45,564 nt of DNA from Rhodothermales bacterium. GTDB lineage: Bacteria; Bacteroidota; Rhodothermia; Rhodothermales; UBA10348. Positions within the stretch are counted from its first letter, which is position 1, and each line of letters opens with the position of its first letter. The notes under the pieces are model-generated. The model saw only the letters and a program-made list of their open reading frames with translations, had not been told where the DNA came from and ran no database searches. Positions 19,583 through 28,103 of the stretch are shown here, piece by piece. The position numbers and the translations under genes were made by a program. The stretch spans positions 1-45,564 of the forward strand of contig JBLFXH010000003.1 in assembly GCA_047611125.1 (NCBI GenBank), written 5' to 3'.

Positions 19583-20026
19583 CCCTGACCCGGTCAGCTC
19601 TTCGATGGTCCACATGGACCCTGCCCCGAATCGGCCTCGCTCGACGGCAACCTGCGAAGACGTGATATCCGGACTCTGGGCTGCTGCCGTTGGGCCGAAC
19701 TCCCGCCGCACAAATGACAGCACCGCGGCCAGCTGCTCATTGGAAAGGAAATCGTTTGGGGGCATCACGTTGTTGTACTCTTGCTCTCCAACGCGAATCG
19801 GTCCACGAAGGCCGCGAAGCGTGAGCCGGATCAGCAGGGAGTCCGGCAAGGCCACCCAGGCACTTCCCGCCAGCGGTGGAAAAGCGTTGTTCACCCCGAG
19901 ACCGTCAGAACCATGACAGGTGGCACAGGTGGCGGTGTAGATCTCCGGGCCAGACAGGGATGTCACGCGCGGCTCTGAACAGCCAACGACCAAGACCGCC
20001 ATCAGAAGCACTCCCAACTTGCTCAT
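19568..20026 (-). CDS. Monoheme cytochrome c, probable lipoprotein
   Basis: Lipobox-like VVGC, heme motif CATCH, FPPLAGS, distal Met in YNNVMPP. Confidence 0.9.
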   Translation of the reverse strand: MSKLGVLLMAVLVVGCSEPRVTSLSGPEIYTATCATCHGSDGLGVNNAFPPLAGSAWVALPDSLLIRLTLRGLRGPIRVGEQEYNNVMPPNDFLSNEQLAAVLSFVRREFGPTAAAQSPDITSSQVAVERGRFGAGSMWTIEELTGSGSARR

Positions 20027-20562
20027 GCGCGTGTCTCCTCGAGCTGGTCGACCGCATAAGCGAGTTTCCGGACCACTCGAATGGGGTCTCCCACGTTCAC
20101 TTCGCCCCCTTGCTCGACTTCGAAAAGGGCCCCGCGCTGACCTTGCGCCGCGGCGCGAAAAGCCGCATCGCCAAACCGTGTCTTGAAGAGCGCACAGGGT
20201 TTGTGGTTGGCCGAACTCCTGCGGAGAATCACCTCACCAATCAGGAACTGGTCTCCGGGACCGAGGACCGAGAGGTCGATGCCGCGCGTAATGAGGTTGT
20301 CTCCTGGGAGGTCGGGAGCGGCGCCCATCGCGCGCAGGGCCTCGATACTCACAGCAGTCACCTCGCGGCCTGGAATCTCGCTGCCTTTCCAGAATGACTT
20401 GCGCGCATGATCGCCCGTGAAGCCGCAGGCTGCCTGAACGGAAACCCGCTCTGCAGACCGATGAACCCCAGGCTCCGGCTTCTCTACTAGGTAGGCCACT
20501 GACCCCTCCTCACCGAATCGGCTCGCAGAGATGGCACTCAAGATGTCTTCAGCAGTACGCAT
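20023..20562 (-). CDS. MOSC domain-containing protein
   Basis: REVTAVSIE, PGDNLITRGIDL, HKPC (conserved Cys), RGALFEVEQGGEVNVGD. Start ATG 20562 or GTG 20592. Confidence 0.85.
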   Translation of the reverse strand: MRTAEDILSAISASRFGEEGSVAYLVEKPEPGVHRSAERVSVQAACGFTGDHARKSFWKGSEIPGREVTAVSIEALRAMGAAPDLPGDNLITRGIDLSVLGPGDQFLIGEVILRRSSANHKPCALFKTRFGDAAFRAAAQGQRGALFEVEQGGEVNVGDPIRVVRKLAYAVDQLEETRA

Positions 20563-20657
20563 ACCTTCATGATCGTCCGTCGGACGATACACCCGCGTGC
20601 CCGTCGTGTGGGTGAATTTTGTATCGTAAGCAGCCCGTAGCCACCACCATCCTGCCT

Positions 20658-21104
20658 GTGTTCAGCATACTCAGCAAAGCCCGGAAGGAAGCCTCTGCGC
20701 TTCCGCGGGATCGCAAAACGCTGCGCAACTTCGGCGTGGTGGTCGGAGGCGTTCTCATTGCGCTGGCCGTCTACCTTGCCTGGAGTGATGGCTGGATTCC
20801 GGGGACGGGGCCAGTCATAACGGGGACGATCGGCGGGCTGCTCGTGCTGTTTGGCCTGGGCGCTCCGCGGGTGCTGGCGCCCATCTACCCTCTGTGGATG
20901 GCCCTCGCACTGGTCCTCGGCACCGTCATGACGACGGTATTGCTCACCCTGGTGTTCTACCTAGTGGTGTCGCCGATTGGCTTTTTGATGCGCATGGCCG
21001 GGAAGGACCCGATGAATAAGAAACCCGACGCCACGCTCGCCACTTACTGGATCGAGAGGACGCCGGAATCCAACGACGTCAAGCGCATGGAGAAGTACTA
21101 CTGA
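20658..21104 (+). CDS. SxtJ-family membrane protein
   Basis: LRNFG...TM...P..LAPIYPLWMALALVLG...LVFYLVVSPIGFLMRMAGKDPM...TYWIER pattern. Start GTG 20658 or TTG 20619. Confidence 0.8.
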   Translation: MFSILSKARKEASALPRDRKTLRNFGVVVGGVLIALAVYLAWSDGWIPGTGPVITGTIGGLLVLFGLGAPRVLAPIYPLWMALALVLGTVMTTVLLTLVFYLVVSPIGFLMRMAGKDPMNKKPDATLATYWIERTPESNDVKRMEKYY

Positions 21105-21138
21105 GCTGCGTGCAGCCGTGTGGCCGGCGCGGCCAGTA

Positions 21139-23412
21139 CTACTCGATATCCCAGGAGCGAACTTTTTCCGCTCCTTCCCGATGGATTTCCATGAGGCGAT
21201 CCTGGAAACCGACCGATTCCCCATCGTTCGCAGGAAGTCGCAGCTGGTACTGTCCATTCGGTCCCAATTCCCAGGCAGAGCGTTGATCCTCAAGAGCGAG
21301 TTCCAGCGATTCGATCAGTCGATTCCGGGCTGGAGGTGAATCCACTTCCACTATGGCCTCTACCCGATCCTCAAGATTGCGACGCTGCCAATCGGCACTC
21401 CCAAAAAAGACGCGGGGCTTCCCGTTGTTCTTGAAGTAGAACACGCGGCTGTGTTCCAGAAAACGCCCCAGGATGGATATGAGCCGGATGTTTTCGGAGA
21501 TGCCCGGCAGCCCTGGCCGCAAGCGACAATGCCCGCGCACAATTAGGTCGATTTTGACTCCAGCCTGAGAAGCGCGGTAAAGCTCCTGAATCAGGATTAG
21601 GTCATCCAGAGCATTCATCTTCGCGACGATCCGTCCGTTCCCATTTCGCTTCTGATTCTCGACCTCGGTGTGAATCATCTCCACAAACGCGTGCCGCATC
21701 ACCCGAGGTGCCACCAAAAGGCGTTTGTAGCGCTGATCCGGCGCGTAGCCCGTCAGATAGTGGAACAGGTAGATGATGTCCGAGCCCACGTCGGGATCAC
21801 ACGTCAGCAGGCCAAAATCGGTGTAAAGCTTGGCCGTCTTCTGGTGATAGTTTCCTGTTCCGACATGGCAGTAGGCGCGCAGACCCTCCTCTTCCTCGCG
21901 GATGACTAGAGTGGTCTTAGTGTGCGTCTTGAGTCCTACCAATCCGTACGTGACGTGCACGCCGGCGCGCTCTAGCGTCGCGCCCCATTCCATGTTGTTG
22001 GCCTCGTCGAAACGCGCCTTCACTTCCACCAACACAGCCACTTGCTTTCCGCGCTCAGCAGCGCGGACGAGCGCGTTGATCACCCTCGAATCGTCGGATG
22101 TCCGGTACAGCGTCTGCTTGATGGCGAGCACTTTCGGATCGACGGCAGCCTCTTCTACAAATCGCAGAACGGACGCGGAGAACGCCTCATACGGGTGGTG
22201 AAGAAGTACGTCGGCTGACCGAATGATGGAGAAGATGTCCGGCCGGTCTTTCGACTCGCCTTCGTGCATGAGTTGGGGTGGCACCACAGGCTCCCACTCC
22301 TTGAACTTCAGTTCGGGCATGTCCACAGACGCGATCGCATGCAGATCGGTCAGATCCAGTTCACCATCGGCCTCGAAAACATCCTCCGGGGAAAGCTGGA
22401 GCTCCCGGACAAGCAATCGGCGAACGTCATCCGGTGCCGACGAAGCGACTTCAAGTCGGGTCACGGGAGCGAAGCGGCGCTCACGGAGCTCATCGGCGAT
22501 CATCTCAATTAGATCGTCGGCCTCCTCCTCGTCCCGCCTAAGATCCGCATTTCGCGTAATCCTGAATGGGTGTACGCCAACCACTTCCATACCGCGGAAT
22601 AGCTCCTGAATGTGCTCGGTGATCACCTGTTCGACCGGCACGAAAGCGTTCGGGCGATCCGGAAGCTGAATCCATCGACCGCGCGAAGCGGGGACCTTCA
22701 AACGCGCGAAATGCTCGGTACCTCGCGTGGGGTGTCGCAGTACCACGGCCAGCGACAAACTCAGATTTGAGATGAAGGGAAACGGATGTCCCGGATCCAC
22801 GGCCAGCGGGGTCAAGATCGGAAAGAGCTGACGCAGGAAGTACTCCTTCAGGAAGGCGCGATCCTTCTTGCGGAGCTTTGAATAGGACAGCACCTCGATA
22901 CCGGCCTTGGCTTTCAGGGCAGGGCGGAGTGTTCGAGTCCAGAGTTCGGAAAGGGCCCGGTACATGGGCCGCACGGCATGCTGACACAGTTCCAGTTGCT
23001 CGCGAGGGATTCGGCCGTCGGGGCTGCGCTTCAGGACTCCGGCAGCAATCTGCCGCTTGAGTCCGCCAATACGCTTGAGAAAGAACTCGTCCAGGTTGCC
23101 GGTGGCGATGGCCAGAAACCGAATGCGCTCGAGCAGCGGCGTCCGCTCATCCAGCGCGAGATAGACCACCCGCCAGTTAAAGTCCAGCCAGCTCAGTTCC
23201 CGGTTGAAATACAGCGATGGATGAGCCAGGTCGCCACTCTCGGGGACGGGCTGGGCCGCCGTCGCGCGCGGCACGGCCGCCCGCAGCCGGGGACTCGACC
23301 GATCTGGCGTGCTTGGGCGCTCCTTTGAACCCGCAGCCACTGCTGGCATGGGGGCGCCGGGGACTTCGTCGCCCGATGAATCTCCAGTATTCGAAAGTTT
23401 TGTTGTGCTCAT
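21139..23412 (-). CDS. ppk1: Polyphosphate kinase 1
   Basis: YFNRELSWLDFN, DPGHPFPFISNLS, HHPY, IKQTLYRT, ARFDE, LKTHTK, GRFLEHSR. Confidence 0.97.
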   Translation of the reverse strand: MSTTKLSNTGDSSGDEVPGAPMPAVAAGSKERPSTPDRSSPRLRAAVPRATAAQPVPESGDLAHPSLYFNRELSWLDFNWRVVYLALDERTPLLERIRFLAIATGNLDEFFLKRIGGLKRQIAAGVLKRSPDGRIPREQLELCQHAVRPMYRALSELWTRTLRPALKAKAGIEVLSYSKLRKKDRAFLKEYFLRQLFPILTPLAVDPGHPFPFISNLSLSLAVVLRHPTRGTEHFARLKVPASRGRWIQLPDRPNAFVPVEQVITEHIQELFRGMEVVGVHPFRITRNADLRRDEEEADDLIEMIADELRERRFAPVTRLEVASSAPDDVRRLLVRELQLSPEDVFEADGELDLTDLHAIASVDMPELKFKEWEPVVPPQLMHEGESKDRPDIFSIIRSADVLLHHPYEAFSASVLRFVEEAAVDPKVLAIKQTLYRTSDDSRVINALVRAAERGKQVAVLVEVKARFDEANNMEWGATLERAGVHVTYGLVGLKTHTKTTLVIREEEEGLRAYCHVGTGNYHQKTAKLYTDFGLLTCDPDVGSDIIYLFHYLTGYAPDQRYKRLLVAPRVMRHAFVEMIHTEVENQKRNGNGRIVAKMNALDDLILIQELYRASQAGVKIDLIVRGHCRLRPGLPGISENIRLISILGRFLEHSRVFYFKNNGKPRVFFGSADWQRRNLEDRVEAIVEVDSPPARNRLIESLELALEDQRSAWELGPNGQYQLRLPANDGESVGFQDRLMEIHREGAEKVRSWDIE

Positions 23413-25292
23413 CACGCTAGAAATTCCTGATCTGCAATTTTGCGTCGAAGCTGCTGGAGGCCTAATAATTCCTCCTGAAGTGGCCGCACCTCTTCCCCAC
23501 CGCGTTCAGCAACTTGTATACCGTTGCGCAATCCCGCGATCATTTCGTCCAGTCTATCCAACTTCAGCAGCGTCATCGCACCTGAGGCCGCGGCCCGCGA
23601 ATTCTCGTTTAGCACCGGGACGTTGATCTTTCGCTTCAATCCCCAATTGTCCGAAGGCTCCTCGCGGTCGGTCAAAACCTCGCTAGCCAGACGCTGCACG
23701 GCCGATCCCATCGACCCATCCAGGAAGACGCGCTGCCGAATCTCGCCCGCCTCAAATTGCTCCACCAGCGCGGTGGCCGCATCGCGCGAAGGCCCCTCGG
23801 TGAACTCATCGAGCGCTGTTCGAGAGAGGATGAAGGACACCATGGGCGCCCCGTGATCAAGCATCAGCCGGAGCAACGTCTTTTCCTCAGGTAACGGTTC
23901 AACAGCCACCACCTCCTGCGGTCGTCCCGGGTTGGGCTCGCGCGACTCGGCCGGCTCACCAGTCCGTTCCCGACGCGGAGTCTTGGCCGCGGCCAGTTGG
24001 CGATCCGCCTTCATGGCCCGCCTTAGATAGACATCGGGGACCTCCATGACCATGGCCGCCCTCTGGACGTAAGACTCGCGCATCAACTGGTCTTTGATGC
24101 GGGAAATCAGCTTCATGATAGCATGATGGGTCCGGGCTCGGGAGTCCGGCTCATCAAGACTTCCTTTCAGACGGGCGCGCTGGTAGAGATAGGTGACGAA
24201 GTCCTGCCTCCGATCCCGGATGGCTATTTCGAATGCCTCCGCCCCAAACTTGTGGACGTAGGTGTCCGGATCCTCTCCTTCGGGCATCGAAACCACGTAA
24301 GGCGCCAGGCCTGCCTGCAAGAGCAGGTCAATCCCGCGTACGGTGGCTCGGGCGCCGGCTTCGTCACCGTCGTACAGCATGATCACCCGATGTGCATACC
24401 GGGAGACCAGCTTGATTTGGTCGGTGGTTAGCGCCGTGCCGGAGGAAGCCACCACGTGCTGAACACCTGCCTGATGAAGAGCCACCACATCGGTGTAGCC
24501 CTCCACTAGAATCACCTCTTCCTTGCCTCGAATGGCGTTCTTGGCATTGTACAGGCCGTACAGCACTCGCCCCTTATGGTAGACCTCGGTCTCCGGGGAG
24601 TTGATGTACTTGGGTTGATCGTCCGCCTTTTCCAGCAATCGACCACCGAACCCCAGAACCTTTCCGACGTGGCTGAGGATGGGAAATATCAGACGGTGGC
24701 GATATCGATCATAGTGGCCGGATCCGTCTCGACGGGGCAGGATAAGCCCTGCCTGTTCGAGCATTTCTGTGCTGATTTTGGCGGCAGTAGCGGCCTTCAG
24801 CAGCCCATCCCACGCATCCGGCGCATAGCCGATGCCGAATTTTTTGACCATCTCCGGTGCGACATTCCGTCCAGCCAGGTAATCCCGCGCAACCGCACCG
24901 CTATCATCCTGCGTAAGCTGCTGGAAGAAAAACTTCGCGGCAAACTTCAGGGCATGCAGGATTGACTCACGCGTCGAGGCGTCCTCATCGGGCTCGCCCG
25001 ACTGATCAATCGTGATCCCTACGCGCTCGGCGAGGATGGTGACGGACTCCGGAAAGGACAGGTTCTCGATTCGCGACAGGAAACTGAACACGTCTCCGCC
25101 CTCACCGCAGCCGAAGCACTTGAAGATGCCCAAGGACGGATTGACGTTGAACGAGGGGGTCTTCTCTGAATGGAATGGGCACAGTCCGACGTAATTCGAA
25201 CCCCGCTTTTTCAGTCGGACGTATTCTCCCACCACATCCACGACATCCGCCGCGCTGCGGACCTGCTCGATGGTTTCGTCCGTGATTCGCAT
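23412..25292 (-). CDS. dnaG: DNA primase
   Basis: CHC2 zinc finger CPFH..CFGC, PKYINSPET, TOPRIM VEGYTD and YDGDEAG. Confidence 0.97.
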   Translation of the reverse strand: MRITDETIEQVRSAADVVDVVGEYVRLKKRGSNYVGLCPFHSEKTPSFNVNPSLGIFKCFGCGEGGDVFSFLSRIENLSFPESVTILAERVGITIDQSGEPDEDASTRESILHALKFAAKFFFQQLTQDDSGAVARDYLAGRNVAPEMVKKFGIGYAPDAWDGLLKAATAAKISTEMLEQAGLILPRRDGSGHYDRYRHRLIFPILSHVGKVLGFGGRLLEKADDQPKYINSPETEVYHKGRVLYGLYNAKNAIRGKEEVILVEGYTDVVALHQAGVQHVVASSGTALTTDQIKLVSRYAHRVIMLYDGDEAGARATVRGIDLLLQAGLAPYVVSMPEGEDPDTYVHKFGAEAFEIAIRDRRQDFVTYLYQRARLKGSLDEPDSRARTHHAIMKLISRIKDQLMRESYVQRAAMVMEVPDVYLRRAMKADRQLAAAKTPRRERTGEPAESREPNPGRPQEVVAVEPLPEEKTLLRLMLDHGAPMVSFILSRTALDEFTEGPSRDAATALVEQFEAGEIRQRVFLDGSMGSAVQRLASEVLTDREEPSDNWGLKRKINVPVLNENSRAAASGAMTLLKLDRLDEMIAGLRNGIQVAERGGEEVRPLQEELLGLQQLRRKIADQEFLA

Positions 25293-25307
25293 TCAGTAGG
25301 CCTAGTC

Positions 25308-25445
25308 TCAGGCCAGTTCGAATCCAGTCCTCATCTCCACGAGAGTCTGGCCCTCAACAGGTCCGATGTCCGGTTTGGCTGAGCACTGGCACGCTGGAAT
25401 TGCAAGACAGGAAAACAGCGCGATGGCCAGAACGAACTTCTTCAT
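25308..25445 (-). CDS. Small (45 aa) putative lipoprotein
   Basis: MKKFVLAIALFSCLAIPAC-QCSAKPDIGPVEGQ...: basic N-terminus, hydrophobic core, lipobox-like IPAC; ends 15 bp before the dnaG start. Confidence 0.6.
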   Translation of the reverse strand: MKKFVLAIALFSCLAIPACQCSAKPDIGPVEGQTLVEMRTGFELA

Positions 25446-25571
25446 GGTCCAGAAAAATGAGTTGATGTGTCGGGCCTTTGGCGGCGGTTGGCAGCCTGCC
25501 GGTGAAACCGCAATGGACGAGTCCCGTAGCGGACTCATCGGGGCTTCCCATCCTATTCCTGCAGGTACACC

Positions 25572-27038
25572 ATGTTTCTGACTGCCGCGCTCACAATCGG
25601 TGGAGCCGTCCTGCTTGGACTGGCCGCCCGGAGTGACGAAAAGAACCCCATCCAGATCCTAGGCGGGCTAGGACTTGTCGGATTGGCGGGCTTCATGCAC
25701 CTGACCGGACCTGCGCCGCTCCTGCAGTCCGTGGGCTATGCGTCCGCCGAACTCGGGGCAGGAATGCTTGTCGTGGCCGGCATGCTGGCGGGCCGCAAGG
25801 ACGAGGCCCGAAATTTCTTTTTCATCGGTGCTGGCGCGATGGCCATCGGCGTGGCCCTCATCGTAGCGCGGAGCATGTTCTCCCCCACGGTCAGCCTGCT
25901 TGTTGAGTTGGGTCCCGACGACACCTATGACGAGATCGCCGACGTCGTCGCCGAGCACCAGGGCGTGGCTGAGCGTGCGTTCCCGATGGTGGATATGACC
26001 GAAAGCGAAGACCTCGCCCAGGTATACCTGATTCGACTACCGGAGAAGTGCCGGGAAGCCCTTCGGCGCATCTTGGATATGGACAGCGAGAACGTTGACA
26101 ATGTTGAACTGAACACGGCCTTCGGCCTGGACCTGCCCGAGTCAGAAGAGCTTTCCGCCGATGCGCTCGCGGACGTGCTGGAGAACGACCCGTTGGTTGG
26201 TTCACAGTGGGGGCTGGACGCCATCCGCGGTCATCAGGCCCATGCACTTCTGGAGAACAGTTCGCCGGTTCGGAAGGCCTCCATTGCCATAGTTGATACT
26301 GGTGTGGATTCCGGCCACGAGGACATGGACGGCATCTTCGAGACCTCACCGGGAAGCAGTGACCAGCACGGGCACGGCACCCATTGCGCGGGCATTGCTG
26401 CAGCGGCCACCAACAACGGATTGGGCGTAGCATCCCTGAACTGGGAAGGCAAGTTCGTGACCATCCGCAGCTATTCGGCGCTGGGCGACAACGGGATGGG
26501 CACGCTGGAATCCATTTCCGAGGCGCTGATCGAGGCCGCTGAGGCCGGTGCCGATGTGATCTCCATGTCCCTTGGTGGCCAATCTCCGATCACCCCCAAG
26601 ACGATCGTCGACGCTGTGGCCTACGCACGTAAGCAGGGCGCAGTGATTATCGTGGCTGCCGGCAACTCGAATGTCGACGCGTCCAACAACGTCCCCTCCA
26701 ATGTCGAAGGTGTCATTGCGGTCGGGGCCGTTAACGAGCGATTGGACAAGGCGCCGTTTTCGAATACCACCCAGCGACTCTCGCGGCCCATCTCGGCTCC
26801 AGGCACCAACATCCTTTCGCTGAAGCCTACGGGCGGCTACGTCAAACTCAGCGGGACGTCCATGGCAACACCCATGGTGGCCGGCCTCGTTGGCGTGATG
26901 CGTTCGCTGAACCCCGAGCTTGGTGCGGACGAAATCTATGACATCCTAAAATCTACGGGACGCTCCACCAGCGCCAGTAAAAGCGTGGGGGTCATGATTG
27001 ACGCCGAGAAGGCCATCCAGGCTGCCATGAATGGCTGA
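25572..27038 (+). CDS. Subtilisin-like S8 serine peptidase with N-terminal membrane domain
   Basis: Catalytic motifs IVDTG, HGTHCAG, AAGN, GTSMATP; about four hydrophobic segments in the first ~100 aa. Confidence 0.92.
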   Translation: MFLTAALTIGGAVLLGLAARSDEKNPIQILGGLGLVGLAGFMHLTGPAPLLQSVGYASAELGAGMLVVAGMLAGRKDEARNFFFIGAGAMAIGVALIVARSMFSPTVSLLVELGPDDTYDEIADVVAEHQGVAERAFPMVDMTESEDLAQVYLIRLPEKCREALRRILDMDSENVDNVELNTAFGLDLPESEELSADALADVLENDPLVGSQWGLDAIRGHQAHALLENSSPVRKASIAIVDTGVDSGHEDMDGIFETSPGSSDQHGHGTHCAGIAAAATNNGLGVASLNWEGKFVTIRSYSALGDNGMGTLESISEALIEAAEAGADVISMSLGGQSPITPKTIVDAVAYARKQGAVIIVAAGNSNVDASNNVPSNVEGVIAVGAVNERLDKAPFSNTTQRLSRPISAPGTNILSLKPTGGYVKLSGTSMATPMVAGLVGVMRSLNPELGADEIYDILKSTGRSTSASKSVGVMIDAEKAIQAAMNG

Positions 27039-27528
27039 GTCGGGCATCTGGCCAGCGCGCCTTCGCGATTCGACTCGAATCGCGGAGATCTACAACCAGT
27101 CGGTTGTGCGTCGGGATTCGACCATGGACATGGACCCGCTGGGCCCGTCAGATGTCGCGATGTGGCTCGAAAAACAAGGGGAACGCGAACACCTCGCCAT
27201 AGCCCAGGTGGACTCTGAGGTACTGGGTTGGGGGATCCTCAAGGCGTATCATCCGCGCCCTGGCTATGCCCGCGCTGCTGAGACCTCCATGTATGTGGAC
27301 CGAGGCCATACGGGCCAAGGGCACGGATCAGCGCTGCAAAAATACCTGATTCAAATCGCACGCGAGTACAACTATCACCACCTGGTGGCCAAGATCTGGG
27401 CCGACAATGCAGGCAGCATCCGGATACACGAGCGCTTTGGCTACGAGACGGTCGGTGTCCAACGAGAGATTGGGTACGTGGACGGCGCGTGGCAGGATGT
27501 CGCCATTCTACAGCTGATTCTGGACTGA
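27031..27528 (+). CDS. GNAT acetyltransferase, phosphinothricin/methionine-sulfoximine N-acetyltransferase-like
   Basis: IAEIYN, AETSMYVD..HTGQGHGSAL, NAGSIRIHERFGY..VG...EIG...G.WQDV. Confidence 0.88.
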   Translation: MAESGIWPARLRDSTRIAEIYNQSVVRRDSTMDMDPLGPSDVAMWLEKQGEREHLAIAQVDSEVLGWGILKAYHPRPGYARAAETSMYVDRGHTGQGHGSALQKYLIQIAREYNYHHLVAKIWADNAGSIRIHERFGYETVGVQREIGYVDGAWQDVAILQLILD

Positions 27529-27559
27529 CCTTCCAAAATCGAACTCTTGGGCGACAGTG

Positions 27560-27895
27560 CTACCGGTACAGTACCGTGGTAGGGCCGTCGCAGAATATGT
27601 AGTCGACGTCGTAGAAGACTTCTTCCAGATGGCCGTCGGCCCCAACCTGGAGATGAGATCGACTGTCCAAATTCCCCGTTCGAGGATCCCAGGAGACTCC
27701 TTGGAATCGATCCAGGACCTCTTCCACCTTTTCGCGCTTGGGTCCATCGACCCAGATTACGTCGATAGGATGGATGTCTCGCCGACCAGTAGGATCCGCG
27801 ATGTTCAAAGCGAAAACTGTGGCCGGGTACTCTTCAGACAAAGAGCGGGAAATGAGTTCAGCCGTCGCATTGGCTGACACGGTAACGGTTCGCAT
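27560..27895 (-). CDS. Hypothetical protein resembling LPD29 (large polyvalent protein-associated domain 29)
   Basis: TAELISRSLSEEYPATVF...IDVIWVDGPKREKVEEVLDRFQG...DYIFC resembles the LPD29 pattern as recalled (A..IR..L...FP..KFSV...I.V.W.DGP....V......F.G). Confidence 0.6.
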   Translation of the reverse strand: MRTVTVSANATAELISRSLSEEYPATVFALNIADPTGRRDIHPIDVIWVDGPKREKVEEVLDRFQGVSWDPRTGNLDSRSHLQVGADGHLEEVFYDVDYIFCDGPTTVLYR

Positions 27896-28103
27896 AATGA
27901 CCGCGGATTCAATCGGTTCGTGTGTAAGGACTGACCGATCAGCATTCAGGGCTGCGGCGGGGGATAACGCTGATCCTTCGCAGTTAGGGTACGAGCGAGA
28001 TTGAACGATTCGCTTTTTGAGCGAAATGGTAGATTCGCAAGAACGGGACTAAATGGCCTCCGTTTGTGAGTTTTCGTGGCCTACACCCTTGAAGCTAACA
28101 CGC

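Noticed and set aside
20619-21104. Saxitoxin biosynthesis cluster
   Set aside because: Only an SxtJ-like membrane gene is present, with no other sxt-like genes nearby.
25500-25545. Minus-strand CCGAUGAGUCC-gcuacg-GGAC resembling a hammerhead ribozyme core
   Set aside because: The core reads CCGAUGA rather than CUGAUGA, and the essential GAAA after stem II is absent (UCGU); it is just a short hairpin.
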